The notes beneath the pieces were generated by a model. It was given only the letters and a program-made list of their open reading frames with translations. It did no database searches and was not told the origin of the DNA. From assembly GCA_963814275.1 (NCBI GenBank), contig CAWFCE010000001.1, positions 131,307-195,306 of the forward strand: a DNA stretch of 64,000 bases. Direction: 5' to 3'. Below are positions 36,475 to 46,854 of the stretch, piece after piece. Origin of the DNA: Candidatus Parcubacteria bacterium (GTDB lineage: Bacteria; Patescibacteriota; Patescibacteriia; Patescibacteriales; UBA12075). Every line of letters begins with the position of its first letter. Position 1 is the first letter of the stretch. Position numbers and translations under genes: made by a program.

Positions 36475-38124
36475 ATGAACAATAATATAAATAAAATCCT
36501 CGAGGATCTGTATGGGATCGATCCCGATTTAGCTAAACACGAAGAAGAATTACGAAAAATAATCGAGAAACTGCTGGCTACCCGGCCGAATGTGCAAATG
36601 GACGATGAATTCGTGGCTGCCTTGCGCCGCGAAGTCATGGCCAAAGCCGAGGCGCTTTCGCTTCAGGACGGGAAACCGGCGAGTATGCTCGCGCAATTTA
36701 TGAATATCAATAAATTCGCGTTCGCAGTTGCGGGCGCGGTGATAACCCTGATAATCGTCATTCCGGTGATGAATTATCTCAACCACCCCGCCTCGACCGC
36801 GAACCTGGCGGCCGTAACGGATAGCCTGTCCGGGCAGTCGAAGGAGAAGATCGCCCGGTTAAGCGCCGATGCTTTCGGCCCGCTCATGCCACCCGGCACC
36901 GATGCCACCCCGGCACCGGCTGACGATTCAGCCGCCTTGACGCAGGGGAATGCCGTTGCCGCGCCGGAGATGGCCTTCGGATTGGGCGGTGGCGGAGGTT
37001 CGGCCGTTCCGGGCAAAGCGATAATGCCGCCCTATGAATGGGTTAATTACGAATACAGCTATGTCGGCGATGATCTGACGGCGCCGGAAGGAACACTGCC
37101 GGTATACCGGCGCAATGTGAGCCAAAGCACTGCTGCCAACCTGGGCAGCCTGGTGGGCGGCGCTGATCTGCCGGCTGTTAATTTCAGCCAATTCAGCAAT
37201 TTACAGCTCTCGAATATGACTGTCAACGAAGATCGGGACAACGGTTATTCCCTTTATTTCAATTTTCTTGATGGTATGGTCAATATCGATATGGAATGGG
37301 ACCGTTGGCCCCAGCCGATGAGAGAGTGCAAGGATCAGGCCTGCTATGACAGCTATCGCCTTCAGCCAAGCGATGTTCCGGCTGACAGCGAACTGGTCGC
37401 GATTGCCGGTTCGTTCCTTGATTCTTACGGCATCGATATGTCCAATTACGGCGCCGGACAGGTGCGCAGTGACTGGCGTGTTATGTATGATATGGCCGCG
37501 GACAAAAGCGCAGCCTATATACCGGACATGGTAACGGTAGTTTATCCGTTGATCATCGAAGGCCAGACAGCTTACGATGAGTCGGGCTATGCCAACGGGA
37601 TGAATGTCAATATAAATATCCGGGACAAGAAAGTGGCGAATGTGAACGGCCTCAAGACTCTGGGCTTTGACCGCTCCGACTATATTATGGAAACCGATAT
37701 GGGACGGATCAGAAAACTGGCGGAAAACGGCGGCAACCCCTGGCCGCTTGGCAGCAGCGAAGGGGCAAAGACAGTAACGGTAAAACTGGGTACGCCCGCC
37801 CAGGAGCTGGTCTGGTACTGGCGCTACAATTCATCGAACGGAAGAGGGGAAGAAATGTACGTGCCCGCCCTGGTGTTCCCGATATTGAATAAAGCAGACG
37901 TACCCAATCTGTACCGTGACAATATCGTCGTGTTCCTGGCCAAAGAGATCCTGGATGAGCGTGGTGGGGAGGGGGCGGCTGGCATGCCGGAACCGATGCC
38001 GCTCATAATGCGCGAAGGCGCGGCGGTCTCAGCGCCGGCGACTGGCACGGTCGACGGCGGAGCCGTCATGCCATCAATTCCACTCGGTGTGTCAGATGAT
38101 AATTCAATAAATGCGACAGAGTAG
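36475..38124 (+). CDS. Single-pass membrane protein, possible anti-sigma partner of the ECF sigma factor
   Basis: 549 aa with a ~75-aa cytoplasmic N-terminus, one TM segment (FAFAVAGAVITLIIVIPVM) and a large extracytoplasmic domain. The role is inferred from position only. Confidence 0.65.
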   Translation: MNNNINKILEDLYGIDPDLAKHEEELRKIIEKLLATRPNVQMDDEFVAALRREVMAKAEALSLQDGKPASMLAQFMNINKFAFAVAGAVITLIIVIPVMNYLNHPASTANLAAVTDSLSGQSKEKIARLSADAFGPLMPPGTDATPAPADDSAALTQGNAVAAPEMAFGLGGGGGSAVPGKAIMPPYEWVNYEYSYVGDDLTAPEGTLPVYRRNVSQSTAANLGSLVGGADLPAVNFSQFSNLQLSNMTVNEDRDNGYSLYFNFLDGMVNIDMEWDRWPQPMRECKDQACYDSYRLQPSDVPADSELVAIAGSFLDSYGIDMSNYGAGQVRSDWRVMYDMAADKSAAYIPDMVTVVYPLIIEGQTAYDESGYANGMNVNINIRDKKVANVNGLKTLGFDRSDYIMETDMGRIRKLAENGGNPWPLGSSEGAKTVTVKLGTPAQELVWYWRYNSSNGRGEEMYVPALVFPILNKADVPNLYRDNIVVFLAKEILDERGGEGAAGMPEPMPLIMREGAAVSAPATGTVDGGAVMPSIPLGVSDDNSINATE

Positions 38125-38150
38125 TATCCGATAGTAGATTTAGCATATTG

Positions 38151-38188
38151 AATCCCGCTCCGGTATAACCGGAGCGGGATTTATTTTA
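38151..38188 (+). terminator. Rho-independent terminator
   Basis: aatcccgctccgg (38151-38163) pairs with ccggagcgggatt (38169-38181), then tattttacgg. Confidence 0.7.
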
Positions 38189-38203
38189 CGGTATTTTACT
38201 GCC

Positions 38204-38293
38204 CGTTGGGGCATTGCGCGCAATACCCCAACCGTGGCGGCGCCATCGGGCCGCATCAACCACGGCCGGGGCGTAGCACGCTACACCACTACG
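38204..38293 (+). repeat. Family-1 REP doublet, diverged copy
   Basis: cgttggggcattgcgcgcaataccccaa ... ggggcgtagcacgctacaccactacg. Both terminal hairpins are recognisable. The head is GTTG instead of GTAG, and the central ~35 nt is replaced. Confidence 0.85.
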
Positions 38294-38378
38294 ACATTAG
38301 GCTCAATAATTTTGAAAAATTTACTGATTATATAGATAATGATTTTTATAATCAGTCAAAATATGTTATAATATAATC

Positions 38379-40088
38379 ATGACCGATTCGATTTTCATAG
38401 ATGTGAGCTTGGTGCTGGCGATTGCCATCGGCATCGCTTTTTTGGTGCAGCTTTTCAAGCAGCCGCTCATTATCGCTTATATCCTGACCGGCATCGTGAT
38501 CGGACCGGTGTTTTTGAATTTGATCGATTCTAGCCAGCAGTACTTTGACGTTTTCGCCAAGCTGGGAGTGATACTCCTTCTTTTTCTTGTCGGGTTGGGG
38601 CTTAATATCGACTACCTGCGGCAGATCGGCAAAGTGGCGGCCGTGACCGGCACGGGCCAGGCGATCTTTACCTCGTTTTTCGGCTTTATGATCCTGTCGC
38701 TTTTGGGTTTTTCCCATACCGCTTCCGTCTATTTGGCGATATCAATCACTTTTTCCTCCACCATCATTATCACGAAGCTATTGTCCGATAAGCGGGAACA
38801 GCGCACCGTCTACGGCCGTTATACGATCGGATTGATGCTCATTCAGGATATAATCGCGATCATTCTGCTGATTCTTCTGCCCTCGGTCGGATCGGGCGAA
38901 CCGATCATTTCCTCGCTTCTTCTGCTCCTGGTTAAGATCGTCATTCTTCTGGCCCTGGTGTATTTCCTGTCGCGGGTGCTTTTGCCGGTGATCCTCGAAA
39001 AAGTGGCCGAATCTACCGAATTTCTCCTCATCTTCACCTTGTCCTGGTGTTTCGCGGTCGCCGGACTGGCCGCCTGGTCCGGCCTTACCCTTGAGGTAGG
39101 GGCGGTTATCGCCGGCCTTTCGCTCGGTTCGTCAATCTACCGGACAGAGATCTCCAGCCGCATCCGTCCGATCCGCGATTTTTTTATTGCCCTGTTTTTT
39201 ATTATTCTCGGGTCGCAGATGCATGTTACCGATTTCTTCTCGGTATTCATTCCCAGCATCATCATTTCCCTGTTCGTACTGGTCGGCAATCCGATGATCC
39301 TTTATCTGTTGTTCCGATTCCTTAAGTTCACGCGCAAAACCAGCTTCCTGGCCGGTATGACGGCCGCCCAGGTAAGCGAATTCGGTTTCGTTTTTCTCTT
39401 TATGGCCAGCCAACTGGGCTATGTGGACGGCGATATCCTCTCCACTTTCACGATCGTCGCCCTGGTGACGATCTTCTTCTCTTCCTATATGATCACCTAC
39501 AATTCGGAAATATACCGTTTTATGGAACCGTTTTTCCGCATATTCGGACCGGATAAGCACCACAGCATCAAAGAAGAAACCGAAACTTATGACGTCCTGG
39601 TCTTCGGCTATCATCGCCTGGGCTGGAAGATCTGCGAGGCCTTAAAGGAAATGGAAGTAAGCTTCGCGGTTGTTGATTTCGATCCGATGGCGATCAAGAA
39701 GCTCCAGATCCGGCGTATCCCGTATTTCTTCGGAGATTCCACTGAGATCGATTTTCTTTGCGAGCTGCCCATCGACCAGACCAAGATGGTCATCTCCACC
39801 CTGCCGCGCGCCGATGACCAATTATCGATAATCAAGCATATCCGCCTGACCAACAAGAAGACTCTGATCATCGCGAATCTTTCCCATTCCAAATTCCTCG
39901 ACGACCTGTATCAGGCGGGCGCGGATTATATTATGATGCCGCACCTTTTGTCCGGCCAGTGGATGGGCAACCTCCTCAAACACAACAACTGGGACCGGAA
40001 GATGTTCGAGGAACTGACGAAAAAACAAAAAGAGGAACTGAAACTGCGCTTTACCTTGGGTGATCTGGCGAAGAACAAAAGTTTGTAG
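38379..40088 (+). CDS. CPA2-family cation:proton antiporter with C-terminal TrkA-N/RCK domain (Kef-like)
   Basis: About 11 TM segments with Na_H_exchanger-type motifs, then a Rossmann-like VLVFGYHRLGWKICEAL domain. Confidence 0.8.
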   Translation: MTDSIFIDVSLVLAIAIGIAFLVQLFKQPLIIAYILTGIVIGPVFLNLIDSSQQYFDVFAKLGVILLLFLVGLGLNIDYLRQIGKVAAVTGTGQAIFTSFFGFMILSLLGFSHTASVYLAISITFSSTIIITKLLSDKREQRTVYGRYTIGLMLIQDIIAIILLILLPSVGSGEPIISSLLLLLVKIVILLALVYFLSRVLLPVILEKVAESTEFLLIFTLSWCFAVAGLAAWSGLTLEVGAVIAGLSLGSSIYRTEISSRIRPIRDFFIALFFIILGSQMHVTDFFSVFIPSIIISLFVLVGNPMILYLLFRFLKFTRKTSFLAGMTAAQVSEFGFVFLFMASQLGYVDGDILSTFTIVALVTIFFSSYMITYNSEIYRFMEPFFRIFGPDKHHSIKEETETYDVLVFGYHRLGWKICEALKEMEVSFAVVDFDPMAIKKLQIRRIPYFFGDSTEIDFLCELPIDQTKMVISTLPRADDQLSIIKHIRLTNKKTLIIANLSHSKFLDDLYQAGADYIMMPHLLSGQWMGNLLKHNNWDRKMFEELTKKQKEELKLRFTLGDLAKNKSL

Positions 40089-40176
40089 ATCGTAGATCGG
40101 GGATCTGGTAAGGCAATAATGTTTTGCGAGAGCAGGGTTTTCCCTGTTTTTTATTCCATAAATTCTTACGGTAAGG

Positions 40177-40205
40177 TTGACAAAATTGCTTATATTTGCT
40201 ATACT
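40177..40205 (+). promoter_or_regulatory. Near-consensus sigma-70 promoter upstream of ftsK
   Basis: TTGACA (40177-40182), a 17-nt spacer, then TATACT (40200-40205). Confidence 0.6.
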
Positions 40206-40219
40206 GTATATATAAACTT

Positions 40220-40254
40220 AAAATACCCCTCACAATAATGTGGGGGGTATTTTG
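40220..40254 (+). promoter_or_regulatory. Leader hairpin plus U-run directly downstream of the promoter (attenuator or short transcript candidate)
   Basis: aaaatacccc (40220-40229) pairs with ggggtatttt (about 40245-40254), then ggtttatttt. Confidence 0.35.
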
Positions 40255-40353
40255 GTTTATTTTCGGCCTACCCAGCCGTTATTAATTCTTCGCCTTGGTT
40301 GTTTTTTTATTTGTTCTTCATACACAAAAAACGATCAAAAAGAAACGATAAAT

Positions 40354-42525
40354 ATGTTCTTCGTAAAAACAAAAAGAAAAAGCAAAAAAAAGCTCCGGTT
40401 ATGGCCGAGTTGGCTGCGGCCTGAGTTCAGTGTGTCCCACGAAGCCCGGCAGGGGGTCTGGATCCTTATATCGGTGATGTCCGCGATAGCGTTCGCCTTG
40501 AGCTTTGCCGGACGGGCCGGCGAAGCGGGTATGGCGGTGAACAAAATTTTTACACAGCTTCTGGGCAACGGAAAATGGGTATTGCCGGCCATGCTCGGTC
40601 TCTCGGCCACGGGCCTGAACCGGGAAGAAGAAAGGAATTTCAATAGCGCGAATCTGATCGGGCTGTTTTTATTTTTGGACTGTTTTTCTTCGCTGGCGTA
40701 TTTTTTCGCCCTGGAAGCGGGCGGCGGGATCATCGGCAGGCATACCGTCGAATGGCTCTTGCCGTATGTCGGTCCGGCTGTGGCGGCGGCGCTGTTTTCG
40801 GCCGGAATGATCATTTCGATATTGCTTTTTCTGGAAATCAGCTTGGGCAGATTGATGGGTAAAGATAGCTTGATCTTCATATTTTTGCGATTTTGCCTGG
40901 GGATAGCCTTAATCCCATTTTTGAGAAAGGAATCGGAAATGATCCGTAAACAAGAAACGGGCGAAAAGGACGAAACGGATGAAGCCGACACAAATGACAG
41001 AAAAACGGTCATAAAAGAGTATGATATCGAAGATGACGAGGGGGAAGACGGCACGCGCGAGGATAGCCACGGAAATGATAGCGGACAAAGAGCGACCGAA
41101 ACGAAAAGCAATGGAATTTTGTCGTTGAACATCTGGCCGCGAAGCGGCATTCAAATAAATTTCCCGCCTGATCTGTTGAAAAACAAACCCAAGCGGCCGA
41201 CCAGCGGCAACATCGGCCGCAATCAAGATGTGATCAGGCGGACCCTGAATGAATTCGGCATTCCGGTCGCGATGGGCGAAGTACGGGTGGGCCCGACGGT
41301 GACGCAATATACTTTCAAGCCAATCAAGGGCATACCGGTAGCCAGGATCAAGTCCTTGTCCGATGACCTTGCCATGGAGCTGGCCCTGCATCCGGTGCGG
41401 ATCGAAGCGCCGATCCCCGGTAAGTCGCTTATCGGGCTGGAAGTGCCGAATCAGACAAAAGTACTGGTCAGCCTGAAGGAAATAATCCAATCGAAAAAAT
41501 TCCGAACTCGCAAAAGCAATACGATGATCGCCCTGGGGCGGGACGTAACCGGCAATATCTGGCTTTCGGACCTGGCCAAAATGCCGCACCTGCTTATCGC
41601 CGGCGCCACCAATAGCGGCAAATCGATTTTTCTCCACTCCCTGATCACTTCACTGTTGTACCAAAATAATCCCGATGACCTTAAATTGATCCTGATCGAT
41701 GTCAAGCAGGTGGAATTGAATGTTTATAACGATTTGCCGTATTTGATCACGCCGGTCATTACCGAAAATAAGCGGGCGATAAGGGCCCTGTCGTGGTGCC
41801 TCAATGAAATGGACCGCCGCCTTGAAATACTCAGCGATGCCCGGTGCCAGAATATCCAGGAATATAATAAGCGGAAAACGCGGATGCCGTACTTGGCGGT
41901 CGTGGTGGACGAATTGGGGGATATCATGTCTACGTCCAAGAAGGAGGCGGAAGCGGCGATTATCCGCCTGGGGCAAAAAGCCCGGGCGGCCGGCATCCAT
42001 CTGATATTGGCGATGCAGCGTCCGAGCGTCGATATCCTTTCCGGCTTGATCAAAGCCAATATGCCCGGACGGATATCTTTCCAGGTGACATCCAGCATCA
42101 ATTCCAAGACTATACTGGATTTTACCGGGGCGGAAAAGCTGATCGGCCGGGGCGATATGCTCTATATCGATTCCGGCCTTTCCAAACCGGTGCGGATCCA
42201 GGGGGCCTACGCGGGCAAAGACGAGGTAACAGCCGTGGTTAAGTATGCCAAAGCCCAGGCTGGCCGGGCCAGGTATGTAGAAGATATAGCGGGGGAGAAT
42301 CCCGGGCAATTAAGCATAACAGATGCCGATGAGGTAGACGATGAGCTTTTGGAAAAAGCCAAAGAAATAATTTTCGAATATAACAAGGCCTCTGCCACGA
42401 TGCTGCAAAGCCGGCTTTCGATCGGCTACCCCCGGGCGAACCGAATCCTGGACATATTGGAGAAACAGGGGATAGTCGGCCCCAGTATCCAGAACAAGCC
42501 GCGCGCGGTTTTGGCCGAGAGATAA
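40354..42525 (+). CDS. ftsK: FtsK/SpoIIIE-family DNA translocase
   Basis: N-terminal TM region, acidic linker, Walker A GATNSGKS, Walker B VVVDEL, and a C-terminal gamma (winged-helix) domain ATMLQSRLSIGYPRANRILDILEKQGIVG. Start taken at ATG 40354. Confidence 0.9.
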   Translation: MFFVKTKRKSKKKLRLWPSWLRPEFSVSHEARQGVWILISVMSAIAFALSFAGRAGEAGMAVNKIFTQLLGNGKWVLPAMLGLSATGLNREEERNFNSANLIGLFLFLDCFSSLAYFFALEAGGGIIGRHTVEWLLPYVGPAVAAALFSAGMIISILLFLEISLGRLMGKDSLIFIFLRFCLGIALIPFLRKESEMIRKQETGEKDETDEADTNDRKTVIKEYDIEDDEGEDGTREDSHGNDSGQRATETKSNGILSLNIWPRSGIQINFPPDLLKNKPKRPTSGNIGRNQDVIRRTLNEFGIPVAMGEVRVGPTVTQYTFKPIKGIPVARIKSLSDDLAMELALHPVRIEAPIPGKSLIGLEVPNQTKVLVSLKEIIQSKKFRTRKSNTMIALGRDVTGNIWLSDLAKMPHLLIAGATNSGKSIFLHSLITSLLYQNNPDDLKLILIDVKQVELNVYNDLPYLITPVITENKRAIRALSWCLNEMDRRLEILSDARCQNIQEYNKRKTRMPYLAVVVDELGDIMSTSKKEAEAAIIRLGQKARAAGIHLILAMQRPSVDILSGLIKANMPGRISFQVTSSINSKTILDFTGAEKLIGRGDMLYIDSGLSKPVRIQGAYAGKDEVTAVVKYAKAQAGRARYVEDIAGENPGQLSITDADEVDDELLEKAKEIIFEYNKASATMLQSRLSIGYPRANRILDILEKQGIVGPSIQNKPRAVLAER

Positions 42526-42572
42526 TAAAGGAGGCAAAAGTTACGACGCCGAATTTTCTGCCTGGACAATAT

Positions 42573-42599
42573 CGTAGGGGCTCAGTATCCTGAGCCCTA
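42573..42599 (+). repeat. Possible single family-1-like REP (GTAG + hairpin)
   Basis: gtaggggctcag-tatc-ctgagccctag. The GTAGGGGC head is the same as family 1 but the stem sequence differs. Confidence 0.4.
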
Positions 42600-42760
42600 G
42601 TGCCAGCACGACCCAAGACGATTAAACTACGATAGGATTTAGAACCGCGTATTTAGCGTTAAAGGATATTAGCGTGCGGTATCCAGGTTGCCCAAACCCT
42701 GCGGACGGGACTATAAATTAAACCGGCAACCCTGCAGGATTGCCGCTGGATAAAATATGA

Positions 42761-42786
42761 AAAGAGGCCTTAGGCCTCTTTTTTGT
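42761..42786. terminator. Bidirectional terminator between convergent genes
   Basis: aagaggcct (42762-42770) pairs with aggcctctt (42772-42780), with A-run and T-run flanks. Confidence 0.75.
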
Positions 42787-42809
42787 ATTTTTGACAGTTA
42801 TCGGATCAA

Positions 42810-43919
42810 CTATTTATTTTTCAACGTGAAAACGGCGATTTCGTTACTGGAGCCGGTTCGGACCGGCGGGCCCCAGGTGCCGGTACCGGTCGATGTATAA
42901 ATCGCGTAATTGCCGTCCCGGTGCAGGCCGGTATGGTATGGTCCGAAGATCAGGCGCGTGAAGATGCCGAGTGGCCAGATCTGGCCGTCGTGGGTGTGGC
43001 CGGAAAGCTGCAAAGATACGCCGGCTCGCTTCGCTTTGTCGATTTGCGAAGGTGTGTGATTCAGCAGGATGAGCGGACCGGCGGTCGCTATCCGGTCGAG
43101 AAAGCCGTCCGTACGTCCGGCAGCCAAGGGGCCGGGATAATCCATCCCGGCAATGGTCAGGCCGTCGATCGAGACAGTTTCGTCCCGCAGATATCGGACC
43201 GTAGTGTTATTGAGCGCCTTTTCGACTTTGTCCGCGCCGACGTAGGTTTCATGGTTGCCGTTTATGAAATAAGTGCCTTTTTTCGCTTTGAGCAGATTGA
43301 GCGGCAGGGCGAACCGGTCGAGATCGGGGCCGGTGCCGTCAAAAAAATCACCGGTGATCGCCACTATATCCGGCTGGAGCCGGTTTATCTGGGTGATTAA
43401 CCGGTTGAGATAATCAACCCGGTTCAGGACGCCCAAATGGATATCGGAAACTTGGACTATCCGTTTATTCTCCCAAGCTGAAGGCAAATTCTGGATTATG
43501 ATATCGTATTGTCTGAGTTTGAATTTCGTGTCGTTCCAGACCCCGTAACCGGTGGCAAGTACCGCGGCCCCCAAAAGCAGCGAGGCAATCATCCGAACGG
43601 GTAAAGCCAAAGACAAAAGGCTGCCGGCTAAAATAACTAGCCAGCCGGCCATTGCCGCCATCAGCAGGTAAACGACCGTTCCCCACCAAAGGGCAGAAAC
43701 AAAATAAAAAGCGGTCGTAACGGTGTTGTCGGCGTATCGGGTCAATACTGAAGCGAGTATGAAACTGGCCGCCAGAAATAGCAGTACTATCAGAATTATA
43801 CGTTTTAAGCCCGGATCGGTTATCCGAAAAAAACGCGTATAAGAGGCATAAAGAAAATAATGCACACCGATAATGATAATCAGGGCGATAATAATGAAAA
43901 TCATAAATTTCCAGGCCAT
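42810..43919 (-). CDS. Membrane-bound metallophosphoesterase (YkuE-like)
   Basis: About 4 N-terminal TM segments, then VQVSDIHLG, ITGDFFDG, GNHE and SGHTHDGQI calcineurin-like motifs. Confidence 0.85.
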   Translation of the reverse strand: MAWKFMIFIIIALIIIIGVHYFLYASYTRFFRITDPGLKRIILIVLLFLAASFILASVLTRYADNTVTTAFYFVSALWWGTVVYLLMAAMAGWLVILAGSLLSLALPVRMIASLLLGAAVLATGYGVWNDTKFKLRQYDIIIQNLPSAWENKRIVQVSDIHLGVLNRVDYLNRLITQINRLQPDIVAITGDFFDGTGPDLDRFALPLNLLKAKKGTYFINGNHETYVGADKVEKALNNTTVRYLRDETVSIDGLTIAGMDYPGPLAAGRTDGFLDRIATAGPLILLNHTPSQIDKAKRAGVSLQLSGHTHDGQIWPLGIFTRLIFGPYHTGLHRDGNYAIYTSTGTGTWGPPVRTGSSNEIAVFTLKNK

Positions 43920-44094
43920 ATGGCAAATATTGGTTAAAATCCGAAATTTAAATGGGTTCAGGAATGTTTATTGGTTTTATAAAATAATTATAGCCTGAAA
44001 TTAATATTTCGGAAACCGCTTGCAAAAATATTTTACGAAACTCGTAATTTATTGTACAATAAAAACAATAATACTAAATCATTTATTTCCGATT

Positions 44095-45255
44095 ATGAGG
44101 TTTTTTCTTCATCTCTCCGACCGCATTTTGCTATTGATGATTTCGTTTGCGAGCATATTCGTCTTAATCAGCGCCTATTTCCTGCGCGGCTCGGTGATCG
44201 GCATTTTGCTATTCGGCGGCTTCGTGTATGTTTTGTCTTTCATCGCTACTTACCTGATGAGCCACAGTTTTTCCCGCCGGATAGTCAGTTTGACTTTCAA
44301 GGTGCAGGAAATAGCGGCGGGAAACCTGTTCAAGCGCCTGGGCCGGCAGAATAATGACGAGATCGGCCAGCTGACCAACGCCCTGAACGAACTGATGGGC
44401 CGGCTTCAGACCGGCGTCGCCCAAGACGTATCGAAACACCGGGAACTTAACCAGGCCAAAACCGATTTCGTCACTATCGCTTCCCATCAATTGCGGACGC
44501 CGTTATCGATCATCAAGTGGTACGTCGATTATCTGGTAATGGGTGACGCGGGACCGCTGAACGAAGAACAGGAAAAATACCTGAAAGAAGTCTACAAAAG
44601 CAATGAGCGGCTGATCGAATTGGTAAACGCGCTATTGGATGTGTCGCGCATCGATGTCGGCACCTTTTGCATCGACCCCGAACCGACCGATATTATCGAG
44701 CGGGCCGAAGCGGCTTTGAAGCCCTTTGCCGCGGAAATCGAAGCGAAGAAAATCAACATGATCAAGGAATATGACGATTTTCCGCCGCTATCGCTCGATC
44801 CGCGGCTGACGAAAATGATCTTCGCCAACATAATTTCCAATGCCGTCAAATACACCCCGGAAAACGGCACCATCAAGATAGTCATCAAAAAAACGGAACA
44901 TGATATTTTTATCAAGGTTTCCGATTCCGGGATCGGCATCCCCCGCGAAGAGCAACCGAAGATGTTCACTAAATTGTTCCGCGGCGGGAATGCCAAAAAG
45001 CTCGAATCGGTCGGTACCGGCCTGGGATTGTATATCGTCAAAGCGATAATCGAAAAATCCGGCGGTAAGATCTGGTTCCATTCCCCGTCATTGGAGCTGC
45101 TCCTGAATTCGGGACAGAAAGACGCCGATGTTCCGCTGGATAAGCGTAATCGGGGCACCACGATCAATATAACCATACCCCTGAAGGGAATGAGGGGCAA
45201 ACCGGGCACGAAAAAATTGTCCGGGATCGAATACCCGGCTTATCGCCATAAGTAG
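44095..45255 (+). CDS. Sensor histidine kinase (TM + HAMP + HisKA + HATPase_c)
   Basis: Start ATG 44095 (MRFFLHL). HAMP-like AAGNLFKRLGRQNNDEIGQLTNALNEL, H-box FVTIASHQLRTPLSII, NAVKYT, DSGIGI and GTGLGL. Confidence 0.9.
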   Translation: MRFFLHLSDRILLLMISFASIFVLISAYFLRGSVIGILLFGGFVYVLSFIATYLMSHSFSRRIVSLTFKVQEIAAGNLFKRLGRQNNDEIGQLTNALNELMGRLQTGVAQDVSKHRELNQAKTDFVTIASHQLRTPLSIIKWYVDYLVMGDAGPLNEEQEKYLKEVYKSNERLIELVNALLDVSRIDVGTFCIDPEPTDIIERAEAALKPFAAEIEAKKINMIKEYDDFPPLSLDPRLTKMIFANIISNAVKYTPENGTIKIVIKKTEHDIFIKVSDSGIGIPREEQPKMFTKLFRGGNAKKLESVGTGLGLYIVKAIIEKSGGKIWFHSPSLELLLNSGQKDADVPLDKRNRGTTINITIPLKGMRGKPGTKKLSGIEYPAYRHK

Positions 45256-45290
45256 GGATTATTTTATAACTCATTATAAATTAAAATCAT

Positions 45291-45674
45291 ATGGACAAAA
45301 AGAGAATATTAATCGTCGAAGACGAGGCTGCCATGGTCGATGCTTTGGGGAAAAAATTCGAGAAGGAAGGTTTCCAGGTTTACAAGTCGCATGACGGCGA
45401 AGAGGGGCTCAGTATGGCCGAGCGCGAGCATCCCGATCTGATCATGCTCGATATTATCATGCCGAAAGTCGACGGCCTTGAGTTTCTCCGCCGTATCCGC
45501 CAGGACCAGAAATGGGGGGCCGAGGTGCCGGTCATTATGCTTACGAATTTAAGCGACGCGGACAATGTCAGTGAAGCGGCCAAATACGGCGTATTCGATT
45601 TTTTGGTGAAAACCGATTGGCGGCTCGAAGATGTGGTCCAGCTGGTCAAACAAAAACTTTATATCAATATATAA
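45291..45674 (+). CDS. Single-domain response regulator (receiver only)
   Basis: ILIVEDE, phospho-acceptor context DLIMLDIIMPKVDG, and a conserved Lys region VFDFLVKT. No output domain. Confidence 0.9.
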   Translation: MDKKRILIVEDEAAMVDALGKKFEKEGFQVYKSHDGEEGLSMAEREHPDLIMLDIIMPKVDGLEFLRRIRQDQKWGAEVPVIMLTNLSDADNVSEAAKYGVFDFLVKTDWRLEDVVQLVKQKLYINI

Positions 45675-45734
45675 TCCGATTTTAATATTTAATTGATAGC
45701 CTTTAACCAGGTTAATAGCGCAATTATTTTTTAT

Positions 45735-45836
45735 ATGATTATTGATACCACCAAAGTCGGCATCAGTTTCCTGAAGATTTTCGCGATTCAATTCGTTGTG
45801 CTGGTATTGGTGGTAACGCTTCTGGAAGTAATCTGA
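45735..45836 (+). CDS. Possible 33-aa hydrophobic peptide
   Basis: ATG 45735 to TGA 45834-45836, MIIDTTKVGISFLKIFAIQFVVLVLVVTLLEVI. No clear SD and below the ORF-track cutoff. Confidence 0.2.
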   Translation: MIIDTTKVGISFLKIFAIQFVVLVLVVTLLEVI

Positions 45837-45883
45837 TGAGGACGGTGTCAGGCGCCGGCCGCAGAGGCCGGGCAAGCACAAAT

Positions 45884-46417
45884 ATGGATATTTTACGAAT
45901 CATAGTCGGTCCGCTCGAGGAGAATTGCTATCTGTTGGTCTCCGGCGGAACTACGGCGGTGATCGATCCCGGCGCCGAGCCGGAAAGAATAGTCGCCGCT
46001 TTCCCGAAAGATCTGAAGCCGCTCGATTATATCATCAACACCCATTATCATGCCGACCATACGGGCGCCAATATGGCCGTTAAAAAATCCCTGGGCGGCG
46101 AATTGATGATCCACCACCGGGAAAAACCTTACCTGCAATTCACTCCCGACCGCTGGCTCATGGATAATGACCTGCTCCTGATCGGCGGGCAAAATTGGCA
46201 GGTCATACCGACCCCCGGCCATACGCCGGGGAGTTTTTGTTTAATGGGGCCAACGGCGGTATTCAGCGGCGATACGTTATTCGCGGACGGAATCGGACGC
46301 ACCGACTTGCCGGGCGGTTCAGAGCCCGCGATGCAAAGTTCTTTGGCTTTACTAAATAAATCCATCAGACCGGGAATGACGGTATATCCCGGCCACGGAG
46401 CATCTTTTACCGCCTGA
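45884..46417 (+). CDS. MBL-fold metallo-hydrolase (glyoxalase II-like)
   Basis: Start ATG 45884 (MDILRIIVGPLEENCYLL). HYHADHTG (HxHxDH), TPGHTPGS and GDTLF motifs. Confidence 0.85.
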   Translation: MDILRIIVGPLEENCYLLVSGGTTAVIDPGAEPERIVAAFPKDLKPLDYIINTHYHADHTGANMAVKKSLGGELMIHHREKPYLQFTPDRWLMDNDLLLIGGQNWQVIPTPGHTPGSFCLMGPTAVFSGDTLFADGIGRTDLPGGSEPAMQSSLALLNKSIRPGMTVYPGHGASFTA

Positions 46418-46497
46418 CACTAGCGATCCTGCCCCTCCCCCCGGGAGAGGGCAATGTCCGCATATCCGGCCTTGCTTTGGGCCATTATTGGAATATT

Positions 46498-46773
46498 ATG
46501 AATAAACACCTGGCTATAAAAATATCCGGACGGGTTCAGGGAGTGTGGTTTCGGGAGCAGACGAAAAGAAAAGCGCTTGAACTGGGCATTACCGGCTTCG
46601 TGCGCAATGAAGACGACGGTTCGGTTTTTATCGAGGCGGAAGGCGGCGATGCTCCGCTCAGCGATTTTCTCGCCTGGTGCCGCCAGGGTCCGCCCCTGGC
46701 AGTGGTCGAGAATGTGGAAGAAATTTACAGCGACGAATTGATGGGGTACGGGACATTCGACGTGGCTTACTGA
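46498..46773 (+). CDS. acyP: Acylphosphatase
   Basis: ISGRVQGVWFREQTKRKALELGITGFVRNEDDGSVFIEAEG matches the acylphosphatase signature. Start ATG 46498 is preferred over TTG 46477. Confidence 0.85.
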   Translation: MNKHLAIKISGRVQGVWFREQTKRKALELGITGFVRNEDDGSVFIEAEGGDAPLSDFLAWCRQGPPLAVVENVEEIYSDELMGYGTFDVAY

Positions 46774-46854
46774 TATTTTCACCGCTATTGTCATTTCGGC
46801 CCATATCTACGCTCTGATTTCCGCTTGCCAGACTGCCGGCATTATCAGGCAATC

